DNA of 35,877 nucleotides from a virus (taxonomy: Duplodnaviria; Caudoviricetes), in the IMG/VR virus record IMGVR_UViG_3300025458_000009, positions 1 to 35,877 of that record; one strand, given 5' to 3'. The stretch's first letter is position 1; each line of letters starts with the position of its first letter. This document shows, piece after piece, positions 6,150-13,922 of this stretch. The translations under genes and the position numbers were made by a program. The notes under the pieces were generated by a model. That model ran no database searches and had not been told where the DNA came from. It saw nothing but the letters and a program-made list of their open reading frames with translations.

Positions 6150-9100
6150 ATGGCTTTCCCCGGATCCGCTTATGCTCCCCCTGGTGTTTTCACCCAGACA
6201 GAGTTCGAGAATCCTCTGGGTGCAGCCCTCCAGACCCTGAAGATCCCGGTCTTCATTGGAGAGGGCAGCGAACTACTCGTCCAGGAGAACCTGGAGGTGG
6301 TCCGTGGCTCCTCGTCCACCATCGACCAGCGCAGGGTTGATGAGGACATGACCGGACGGGCCGTTGCCAGCGTGTCCCAGACGGGACAGGTGACGCTCGG
6401 CGCTTTCAACGGTGTTCTGGACAAGATCCAGGTCCGACACTACCCCCTCGTGACGGGTGACGGTACGGGCACCACGACGAACAGCCGTGGCGACGTGACC
6501 GTGACTCTGGACGGCGAGCCCATCGTTGTCCGGGCAGTGACAGGAGCGACCGGCATCGTGCAGTTGGCGCAGGCCCCACAGCCTGGTCAGCAGGTCCTCT
6601 GCACGTACTACTACAACCGCACAGACACCTTGATCACGGACGACCTGTCCGATCAGGTGGACCCCGACCCGGCGGTCGTGCAGGGCCAGTCTGGCCTCTA
6701 CGACACGGATTCGCCCGGTAGCGTGGGCGGTGGCAGCGGTGTGGCAGAGACGGTTGACCTCCACGGTGACATCACGGACGCCAACGGCGCTGTGATCGTG
6801 GAGAACAACAACGTCCTGAACCTGGTGATCGATTCCACGACCTACCCCATCGTCATCCCGCCCCGCAGTGACTACACGATGGCTCAGATCGCTGCGGCGA
6901 TCACGGCGGCCAACGTAGGCACGCTGACGGCCTCGACGTTCACGAACAACTTTGGGCAGAGCGCCCTGCTCCTGAACGCCGACCACAGCATCGTAGTCAA
7001 CGAGGGCACGGCCAACGCCCTCCTCGGGCTCCTGACGGGGCAGGCGGACGCACGGGTCGCCACGTTCTACACCTTCCAGGGTCCCATCGTGGACGGCTCC
7101 AACGGCGGTGTGACGACGACCGACCCCTCGCACGTCACCGTCAAGGTCAACGGCACGCAGGTGATCCCGACCTCGGTCAGCGGTTCCACCCGCGCCGTGA
7201 CGCTGCCCCAGGCCCCCATCGCCGGGGCGACTGTGGCCATCACGTACTACTTCAACGCATGGCAGGACACGTTCGACTACCTGGCCAACATCAATGTCCA
7301 GGCCGTCACTCAGTGTGGCGACGTGCCGAACGGTTCGGGCTACACGCAGGCCAGCGACTTCATTCTCCAGGACGACAAGATCCTCTGGGGAACGGCGGTT
7401 ACGGTCGAGAGCGGCGTCAACTCGGTGGGTTCGGAGCGTTTCGACGACACCCAGGTGACCGGCACCCTGATCGACAACCGTACCTTCATGTCCGCCTGCA
7501 CCGCCGTGACAACCTCGAGCGGCGGCTCCTCCGTGGCAAGCGTCCGGGAGTTCACCCTGCCCTTGAGCCCCACGACGGGTAACGGCAGGAACACGCCTCT
7601 CGGGACGAGCCTCTTCCAGACGGTCAGCAACGGGCGCATCGACCTTCCGACCAACCGCCCCGACCTGGTAACCGCCTACTGGGGCTTCGACATGCAGGAC
7701 GCCCTCGACAGGGGTCCCGTCCAGGTCACGAAGGTCGAGGGCAACGTCATCACGCTGGACGAGAGTGTGCCGGTTGGGGCGACGGTGTTCGCCACGTTCT
7801 GGTACAACCAGCTTACGGACAACACCTACACCCTGACCTGTCTGAACCCTGGCCTGTCCGGGGCTGGCACCTACACGGTGGAAGACAGCGGCAGCAACGA
7901 CGTGTACGGGCCCATCTTCAACACCGGGACGAAGAGTGCGAACCTGATCGGTGTGACCATCGAGTTCCCCTCCGGTTCCGAGTTGAAGCCTGACCTGCGC
8001 TACGAGAGCGTGTCCGACGACGACTTTGAAGGCCCGGTCGAGGAGATCGTCACGGTCGAGTTCGGTAGCCGTGTGGCTGGTCCCGCCAAGTACACCGTAC
8101 CTGGCTACGGCCCCTACGAGTTCATCCCGGCCTTCTCGGACTTCTTCCGGGTTGCGATCCGCAGCACGGACATCTCGAACAGTGCCGGTCTGGACCTGAT
8201 GGACCCCTCGGGTTGGAACTCGGGCTTCTTCGCCAGCCTCCTGAGCGACGAGATCGATTACACGGGTGGCACCGGAGCCACCGTGGGCCAGTCCTACGAC
8301 GTGACGGCCTCCGAAGAGTTCATCATCACCACGGACGACGCCGACGTGCCGGTCAAGACGGGCACAGGGACGAACGTGGACATCAGCTTCTTCGCTGACG
8401 CCATCAACGAGGCCGCGGCAGGCCACACGGGTACGGCGGACGGTGGCGGGGTGGCTTCCGTAACCCTTGACCCGCTGTCCCGGTCTGACATCGACGACTT
8501 CTACGTGGGCTGGCGGGTGGTCATGGGCATGGGTGCCGCAGCGGCGGGCGACGCCCTTGCGGTCACCGCCTACAACGGCACCACCGGCGTAGCGACCATG
8601 GCAGCCAACTGGTCCGCACCGCCCATCATCACCGACCGCTACACGATCTTCAGGCCGGAGAACAGGGCGAGCCTCCAGACGGCGACCGCCTTCGACGGCC
8701 CGGTCGTGATCGTAGCCGACAGCCACGATCAGCTTGTGTTCCGCTACGTGGGCGACGTGTCCGGTCTGGGGGTAGTCAGCACGCTGACCCTGGCCGTGGG
8801 CACCTACGACACCCCGAACGCCCTGGCCGCACAGGTGCAGACGCAGATCGACGCAGCCATCGCCGGTTACGCCGCAGCGTTCGCCGGGGCCAACATCGAG
8901 TGCATCGCCAACTCGGACGCGAAGCTCGAGTTCCGCATCCAGCCCGCTGGTACGGACAGCGTTGCCTTCCTTCAGTTCCTGGATGCCGACACCGCCGCAG
9001 AGGACTTCGCTGTCCTGGCCGGTTTGGACACGGCAGCCGCAGTGTTCGGCGGGCAGGCGACCCTGGTCCACGGCCCCATCGCTCGGACCTACGAAGTGGC

Positions 9101-11426
9101 AGGGCCGGAGAAGCTGTACGACCGCCTGGTCCTCCGTAACCGGATCCTTCCGGGCTACGGTGGCAGCATGCACCCCGCCAACGTCCTGGAGCAGACGCTC
9201 CTGACGGTCAAGAGCGGCAACACCAAGGCCGGTATCAGCACGGGCGACTATGGCACCGCAGGGGCCGTGGCAACCGTCAGGGCCGCCACGGCGGTCGGCA
9301 CGATGGGCTTCTCGGGCGGTATGGACGCCAACGGTGAGCCCCTGGTCACGTTGTACGACGGGACGGGGACCATCGCCGCCAACGACGAGTTCAGCTTTGA
9401 GGTTGACGGTGTGCCGGTCACGGCGGCCTTCACCTCCACCCCTGCGGGCACGGCGACGCCTCTGGGTCCGGCAAGCGGAACGAGCAACGGCTCGATCCTC
9501 GACCAGATCATCGACGCCATCGCCGCAGTACCGGGCGCACCGTTCGGGGCCGCCCCCGCAGTGTTCGCCGACTTCCTCGTCCGGCAGGAAGGTGCGGGTA
9601 TCCGCATCACCTCCCAGCGGTTCGATAGTGCCAGCCGCATCACCATCGGGTCTGGGAGCGCCAACAGCGCCCTCGGGTTCACGGCGGGCGCAGTCAGCCT
9701 GCGGGTGCAGCCGACGGCCCGTCTGGTGGCCAGTGCGTTGATGAACAACTACAACACGGGCTCCTTTGCCGATTGGATGGCCTTCACGGCTGGCGGTCTG
9801 GCGACTGAGTTCGGTTCCTCGGCCTTGGCCTCTGTGGAGATCGACGCCGCCGGTCAGGAGTACCTCTACATGCAGGACGCCCCGGTCATCGTGGGCAACC
9901 TGGGAGCCTCCTCGACGGTTCAGGTTCTGGACACCCTCCAGAGCATCGCCAACGCCCTGCGGTACGACACGGGGCTTGGGGCGGTATCGGGTGCCGGAGC
10001 GGTAGGCGAAGCAGCCCTCGACGGCTACTTCGTGATTTCCTCGAACCCCAACGGTTCGGGTTCCGCCAATGACTCGATCCTGAACAATGGGGTCGGACAG
10101 GACGGCATCGTAGGTCAGACCTACCGGGACAAGGTGACGGGCCTCACCTTCACCATCCTCCCGAGGGGCTGGAGCACCAACCAGAACGGACCCTGGATCA
10201 GCTACCCGACGGCGGCTGCCACGTTCCGCATCGAGTGCTCGAAGACCTTCACCTGTGACGCCAACATCCCGCACAACGCCCTGCCTGGGACGGAGTTGCG
10301 GGTGGACAATACGGTCGGCGTGACGGCGGGCGACACCTGCCTGACCAAGACCTACGAGCGTGGCGGCCAAGAGCCCGCCATCGGCGACCTGTACTACGTG
10401 ACCTACAACTACACGAAGCCCAGCTTCGACACGGCCTTCTACACGAAGATCAGCAGCATTGAGGCGGCCTACGGTGCGGCCACGCCGGACAACCCGGTCA
10501 GCCTCGCCGCCTACCTGGCCATCCTCAACGGGGCGGTCCTCGTAGGGGTCAAGCAGGTACAGAAGGAAGAGGGCACGGAGCAGGCCAGCCTCGCCAGCTA
10601 CGTGGCCGCCATCGAGGAACTGGAGGGCGTCCTGCCAGGTCAGGCCCTGCCGGACATCATCACCCCGCTCAGGGGTGACAGCACCTCGCTGTACCAGATC
10701 CTCAAGCGTTCCAACGAGATCATGTCCAGCGTGCGCTACCGCAGCGAGCGGACGAGCATCTTGGGCGTGAGCGCCGGGACTACCCCGGAGCAGGTCGGGG
10801 ACATGGCGAGGACGCTGGCCTCGACCCGTATGCGGATCGTGTACCCGGACATCGTTGTCCTGACCCTTCAGGATCAGTTCAACAACACCAAGGAGTATCT
10901 GATCGACGGGACCTACGTGGCAGCCGCCCTGGCCGGTTCGGTTGTGAGCCCCAACGTGGACGTAGCGACCCCGTGGACGGGACGCCGCCTCGTAGGCTTC
11001 ACGCAGACCGGGCGCAAGCTGGACGCCGTGCAGCAGAACATCGTGGCAACCAAGGGTGTCACGGTCATGGAAGACCGGCCTCCGTACCTCCGGGTACGCC
11101 ACGGGCTGACGACCAACATGGCCAACATCCTGACCAAGATCCCGACGGTCATTCAGATCGCCGACGAGGTGCAGCGCCAGTCCAGGCAGACCCTGGAGGG
11201 CTTCATCGGGATCAAGTTCCTGCCGGGGATCCTGTCCCAGATCGAGGGACGGCTGGCGATGATGATGAAGGCCCTCGTGGCCGCCCAGATCATCAGCGCC
11301 TACCAGAACATCAAGGCCAACGTAGCCTCGGACGACCCGACGGTTGCTGAGGTGCAGGCGTACTACGCCCCGGTGTTCCCGCTCCTCTACATCCTCCTGA
11401 CGTTCCACCTCCGCAGCAGCCTGTAG
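6150..11426 (+). CDS. Contractile tail sheath protein, very large (~1758 aa)
   Basis: SD GAGAGG before ATG 6150. N-terminal YAPPGVFT and C-terminal sheath core (YVAAALAG...HGLTT...IADEVQRQSRQTLEGFIG...YAPVFPLLYILLTF). Central region of >1000 aa of inserted beta-rich domains. Confidence 0.9.
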   Translation: MAFPGSAYAPPGVFTQTEFENPLGAALQTLKIPVFIGEGSELLVQENLEVVRGSSSTIDQRRVDEDMTGRAVASVSQTGQVTLGAFNGVLDKIQVRHYPLVTGDGTGTTTNSRGDVTVTLDGEPIVVRAVTGATGIVQLAQAPQPGQQVLCTYYYNRTDTLITDDLSDQVDPDPAVVQGQSGLYDTDSPGSVGGGSGVAETVDLHGDITDANGAVIVENNNVLNLVIDSTTYPIVIPPRSDYTMAQIAAAITAANVGTLTASTFTNNFGQSALLLNADHSIVVNEGTANALLGLLTGQADARVATFYTFQGPIVDGSNGGVTTTDPSHVTVKVNGTQVIPTSVSGSTRAVTLPQAPIAGATVAITYYFNAWQDTFDYLANINVQAVTQCGDVPNGSGYTQASDFILQDDKILWGTAVTVESGVNSVGSERFDDTQVTGTLIDNRTFMSACTAVTTSSGGSSVASVREFTLPLSPTTGNGRNTPLGTSLFQTVSNGRIDLPTNRPDLVTAYWGFDMQDALDRGPVQVTKVEGNVITLDESVPVGATVFATFWYNQLTDNTYTLTCLNPGLSGAGTYTVEDSGSNDVYGPIFNTGTKSANLIGVTIEFPSGSELKPDLRYESVSDDDFEGPVEEIVTVEFGSRVAGPAKYTVPGYGPYEFIPAFSDFFRVAIRSTDISNSAGLDLMDPSGWNSGFFASLLSDEIDYTGGTGATVGQSYDVTASEEFIITTDDADVPVKTGTGTNVDISFFADAINEAAAGHTGTADGGGVASVTLDPLSRSDIDDFYVGWRVVMGMGAAAAGDALAVTAYNGTTGVATMAANWSAPPIITDRYTIFRPENRASLQTATAFDGPVVIVADSHDQLVFRYVGDVSGLGVVSTLTLAVGTYDTPNALAAQVQTQIDAAIAGYAAAFAGANIECIANSDAKLEFRIQPAGTDSVAFLQFLDADTAAEDFAVLAGLDTAAAVFGGQATLVHGPIARTYEVAGPEKLYDRLVLRNRILPGYGGSMHPANVLEQTLLTVKSGNTKAGISTGDYGTAGAVATVRAATAVGTMGFSGGMDANGEPLVTLYDGTGTIAANDEFSFEVDGVPVTAAFTSTPAGTATPLGPASGTSNGSILDQIIDAIAAVPGAPFGAAPAVFADFLVRQEGAGIRITSQRFDSASRITIGSGSANSALGFTAGAVSLRVQPTARLVASALMNNYNTGSFADWMAFTAGGLATEFGSSALASVEIDAAGQEYLYMQDAPVIVGNLGASSTVQVLDTLQSIANALRYDTGLGAVSGAGAVGEAALDGYFVISSNPNGSGSANDSILNNGVGQDGIVGQTYRDKVTGLTFTILPRGWSTNQNGPWISYPTAAATFRIECSKTFTCDANIPHNALPGTELRVDNTVGVTAGDTCLTKTYERGGQEPAIGDLYYVTYNYTKPSFDTAFYTKISSIEAAYGAATPDNPVSLAAYLAILNGAVLVGVKQVQKEEGTEQASLASYVAAIEELEGVLPGQALPDIITPLRGDSTSLYQILKRSNEIMSSVRYRSERTSILGVSAGTTPEQVGDMARTLASTRMRIVYPDIVVLTLQDQFNNTKEYLIDGTYVAAALAGSVVSPNVDVATPWTGRRLVGFTQTGRKLDAVQQNIVATKGVTVMEDRPPYLRVRHGLTTNMANILTKIPTVIQIADEVQRQSRQTLEGFIGIKFLPGILSQIEGRLAMMMKALVAAQIISAYQNIKANVASDDPTVAEVQAYYAPVFPLLYILLTFHLRSSL

Positions 11427-11436
11427 GACTACGGGC

Positions 11437-11471
11437 GGCCCCGTCTACGAACGGGACGGGGCCACCTTTTT
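11437..11471 (+). terminator. Probable rho-independent terminator after sheath
   Basis: Perfect 9-bp stem GGCCCCGTC/GACGGGGCC (11437-11445 / 11455-11463) followed by ACCTTTTT. Confidence 0.65.
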
Positions 11472-11520
11472 ATAGGAGACCGACATGAACGAGAAAGACC
11501 TGATCGCCTCTTGGGGCCCT
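11472..11520 (+). repeat. 49-bp imperfect direct repeat, copy 1 (RBS + first 12 codons)
   Basis: ATAGGAG....GACATG.AC.AGAAAGACCTGATCGCCTC.TGGGG.CC; 19-bp exact core at 11492-11510 matching 11844-11862. Confidence 0.9.
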
Positions 11521-11820
11521 ACCATCAAGACCGCCTCTTCGGCTCCGGTGACCCGCATCCGTAAGGTCATCTTCGAGGAGTTGAAGAAGATCAAGAAGAC
11601 CGTCCAGACGGGCCTCCCGAAGGGTTCCGTTGTGGAGGACCCGGACTTCGAGGACGGCATCCTCACCGTTGAGGTCGAGGTGAAGGGTGGGGACGGGATC
11701 GATCAGAACGCTGTGAAGCGGTTGGTCGGAAACCTCGTCGGAGGTAACCCTTCCAAGGTGACCCCGTTCAAGGATCTTGCCTCCAAGGGGAACATCCGCA
11801 TCCAGTGCGAGTGGAAGTAG
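11485..11820 (+). CDS. Hypothetical protein (111 aa) with shared leader MNEKDLIASWGP
   Basis: SD AGGAG; phage-like codon usage; N-terminus shared with the next ORF. Confidence 0.8.
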   Translation: MNEKDLIASWGPTIKTASSAPVTRIRKVIFEELKKIKKTVQTGLPKGSVVEDPDFEDGILTVEVEVKGGDGIDQNAVKRLVGNLVGGNPSKVTPFKDLASKGNIRIQCEWK

Positions 11821-11823
11821 GAC

Positions 11824-11872
11824 ATAGGAGCCTGACATGGACCAGAAAGACCTGATCGCCTCGTGGGGTCCG
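11824..11872 (+). repeat. 49-bp imperfect direct repeat, copy 2
   Basis: Matches 11472-11520. Confidence 0.9.
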
Positions 11873-12181
11873 ATGACGAGGATGGCGGGCAAGAAGAGCC
11901 CCCTTGTCAGGTTGAATGCGGCCAAAAGAGAGGCTGCGAAGCTCGTGGGTGATGCACACAACGCCATCCGCACGGATGCCCTGCGGGTTCTCCCCCACGG
12001 TTCGACTTGCAGCATCTCCGCCACACGGTACGGGGTGATGTTGCAGATCAGTGTCCCAGAGGCGGAGGGTGAGAACGCTCTGAAGGCTATCCGTAAGCTG
12101 TTCGGGACTGCTCCTGTGGACGGTATTCAGCCCATGCCCAAGCCTGGGCGCGCCTCGTACAACCTCAACTACACCCGCTAG
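11837..12181 (+). CDS. Hypothetical protein (114 aa) with shared leader MDQKDLIASWGP
   Basis: SD AGGAG; basic protein; N-terminus shared with the previous ORF. Confidence 0.8.
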   Translation: MDQKDLIASWGPMTRMAGKKSPLVRLNAAKREAAKLVGDAHNAIRTDALRVLPHGSTCSISATRYGVMLQISVPEAEGENALKAIRKLFGTAPVDGIQPMPKPGRASYNLNYTR

Positions 12182-12389
12182 AAGCAGGACAGCCCCGGTC
12201 CCACCGCCTGCAAAGCCGGGAACCAGGGCCGTTGCCCCACTGTGTTGCGTGAGCCATCCCGTTAGAACCCCCCACCCGTAGCCACGCCAGTCAACGAGAT
12301 AACCCGGCGTAGCTCCCGACCGTGTCCGGTCACCCGTGGTGGGTGGCCTGACGGGGCGTCGTCCCCCAGATCAGCGGTGCAGCCCTGTG

Positions 12390-12572
12390 CTACCAGGACT
12401 TCTGGTCGGCGAGCACGCCCTTGCGGACGTCGTCCAACTCGCCCTTGAGGCCCTGAAGCGTCTTGCGGAGGCGGGTGCCCGCCGCCTTCTGCTCCTTGTC
12501 GTGGCGCTCTGCGTCGCCCTTGGCCTCTTCCAGCTTGCCGATGATCTTGTCGATGGCTTCGGTCGCTTTCAT
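12390..12572 (-). CDS. Histone H1-like (Hc1 N-terminal family) small helical protein, 60 aa
   Basis: SD GGAGG on the minus strand. Two-helix pattern with DAERHDKEQKAAGTRLRK...VRK resembles the GNKAAGTRARK/KAAAQRVR motif of Hc1-like proteins. Only convincing minus-strand gene in the window. Confidence 0.7.
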   Translation of the reverse strand: MKATEAIDKIIGKLEEAKGDAERHDKEQKAAGTRLRKTLQGLKGELDDVRKGVLADQKSW

Positions 12573-12823
12573 GGAACCCTCCAGTTGTGATGCCCGTTAT
12601 GGGCCGTCGTTCTACTTCTCTACCCATCAACTCCAGAAAAGAACCCCATACGGGCCGAGAATCGACATGGCCTGCCCCGATATTCCGCCTCTTGAACATC
12701 CTAGATAGGGTTGGGTGGCTTTGTTTGCCCCCTACCCGCTCCTCCCTCGGGGCTCGTTGGATAGCCTATAACGACCCTGTAGTGAGAAGAGTCGCCGCAC
12801 CCGGCACTGACAGGAGGTCCCTC

Positions 12824-13696
12824 ATGGCGAACCAGACCATCTCTGGTGGGAACAAAGACAACAACCCGCAGTCGGGCGTAGGTGGCACGTCCTACATGTA
12901 CGACTTCGGCACGTCACCGAACACCAGGACGGCGGTCTCTCAGAAAGTACGCATCCTGACTCCCCACTACGGGAACACACAGGCGATGCACCAGATGGGG
13001 GTTATCTCGACGTTCAACCCGACTGAGTCCCGGACCATCGAGCCGGTACGAGGCATCGGGTTCGGGGATCAGGTTGCTGAACTGGTGCCGTCCGTCACGG
13101 AGCCCATGACGGGTTCCTTCGAGCGTGCGCTCCTGTACCTGTGCAACCTCTGGCAGGCTACGGGTTACGCCGCAGGCGTGGACGGCCCGGTGCGCTCTCT
13201 GAAGCACCACCGCTGGCCCTTCGACATCGAGCAGCAGCTTGTGTTCAGCACCCTGGCCGACGCAGACCTGGGTGAAGCCAACACGGGCATGGGTGGCGAT
13301 CCGGGTACGTTCCAGGGCGGCGTGAAGGCCCTGAGCTTCCCCGAGGTCACGAAGGATTCGGCTCGTGCGGACTACGCCGGGGGCAACCCGGGCGACCGTG
13401 GCCACAGCGCCATCATCACGATCCACGAGGCTTGCTGGTTCAACTCATGGTCGACCAGCTTCGCCAAGGACGCCGGAATGATCATGGAGACGGGCGACGT
13501 CACCATCTCCGACGTCCACGACTTCGCAAGCGTCTACGGGGAGTTCCTGGCGACAGGTAACGACCCGACCCTCGGCCAGTTGGGCTCAATCCGATTCGCT
13601 GAGAACGGCTTCACCATCGCCCAGGCGGGGCGTGGGGCCGGTGGCGGCGGCTCGCAGAGCCTCTTCGCCTCCGAGGCCGTTGACGTTTCCGTCTAG
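12824..13696 (+). CDS. Tail tube protein (290 aa)
   Basis: SD AGGAGG before ATG 12824. GVISTFNPTESRTIEPVRGIG..VAELVP, WPFDIEQQ and ACWFNSWSTSF...IMETGDV are myovirus tube-like. Lies between sheath and chaperones/TMP. Confidence 0.85.
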   Translation: MANQTISGGNKDNNPQSGVGGTSYMYDFGTSPNTRTAVSQKVRILTPHYGNTQAMHQMGVISTFNPTESRTIEPVRGIGFGDQVAELVPSVTEPMTGSFERALLYLCNLWQATGYAAGVDGPVRSLKHHRWPFDIEQQLVFSTLADADLGEANTGMGGDPGTFQGGVKALSFPEVTKDSARADYAGGNPGDRGHSAIITIHEACWFNSWSTSFAKDAGMIMETGDVTISDVHDFASVYGEFLATGNDPTLGQLGSIRFAENGFTIAQAGRGAGGGGSQSLFASEAVDVSV

Positions 13697-13697
13697 C

Positions 13698-13726
13698 CGG
13701 ACAGGCTAGGCTGGTAAGATGATACT
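13698..13726 (+). promoter_or_regulatory. Possible sigma70-type promoter upstream of leader copy B
   Basis: CGGACA-17 bp-GATACT, with an overlapping extended -10 TGGTAAGAT (13712-13720), in an intergenic region. Weak match. Confidence 0.25.
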
Positions 13727-13737
13727 GCCAAGGGCGT

Positions 13738-13866
13738 GACGAAACGGAGCAGCCCAGTGGGCAGACAGACAGACGGGACGGACTGACAGAACCTTTTGCG
13801 CTGAACCCCACCCCTGCTGATGCGGGGGTTGGTTAGACCTATGCGGATGTGAACTGCCAGACCTAT
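13738..13866 (+). promoter_or_regulatory. Conserved leader element, copy B (upstream of tail chaperone/TMP block)
   Basis: AGACAGACGGGACG at 13767-13780, TTGCGCTGAAC at 13796-13806, CCCC/GGGG hairpin, ATGTGAACTG at 13847-13856; colinear with copy A. Confidence 0.6.
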
Positions 13867-13922
13867 CCCCTTTGTGCTGTTCAAGGCCCCTGCGAGTTGC
13901 TTCCTGACAAAGAGGGAAGCAC

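Noticed and set aside
6273-11408. 1711-aa antisense ORF (and similar long antisense ORFs at 1838-3481, 23743-25929, 28572-29627, 31294-33822)
   Set aside because: Shadow ORFs of GC3-biased sense genes: in register with the sense codons, odd His/Arg/Val/Gly-rich composition, no RBS or recognisable motifs.
12587-12823. N-terminal extensions given by the ORF track (tube from 12587, sheath from 6108, zinc ribbon from 5459, terminator from 4227, tip from 30369)
   Set aside because: Downstream ATGs have clear SD motifs or stop/start coupling and family-typical N-termini; the extensions look non-coding.
13738-13830. Hammerhead ribozyme suggested by GACGAAAC and CTGATGC/CTGACAG
   Set aside because: No CUGANGA core correctly placed relative to GAAA and the stems.
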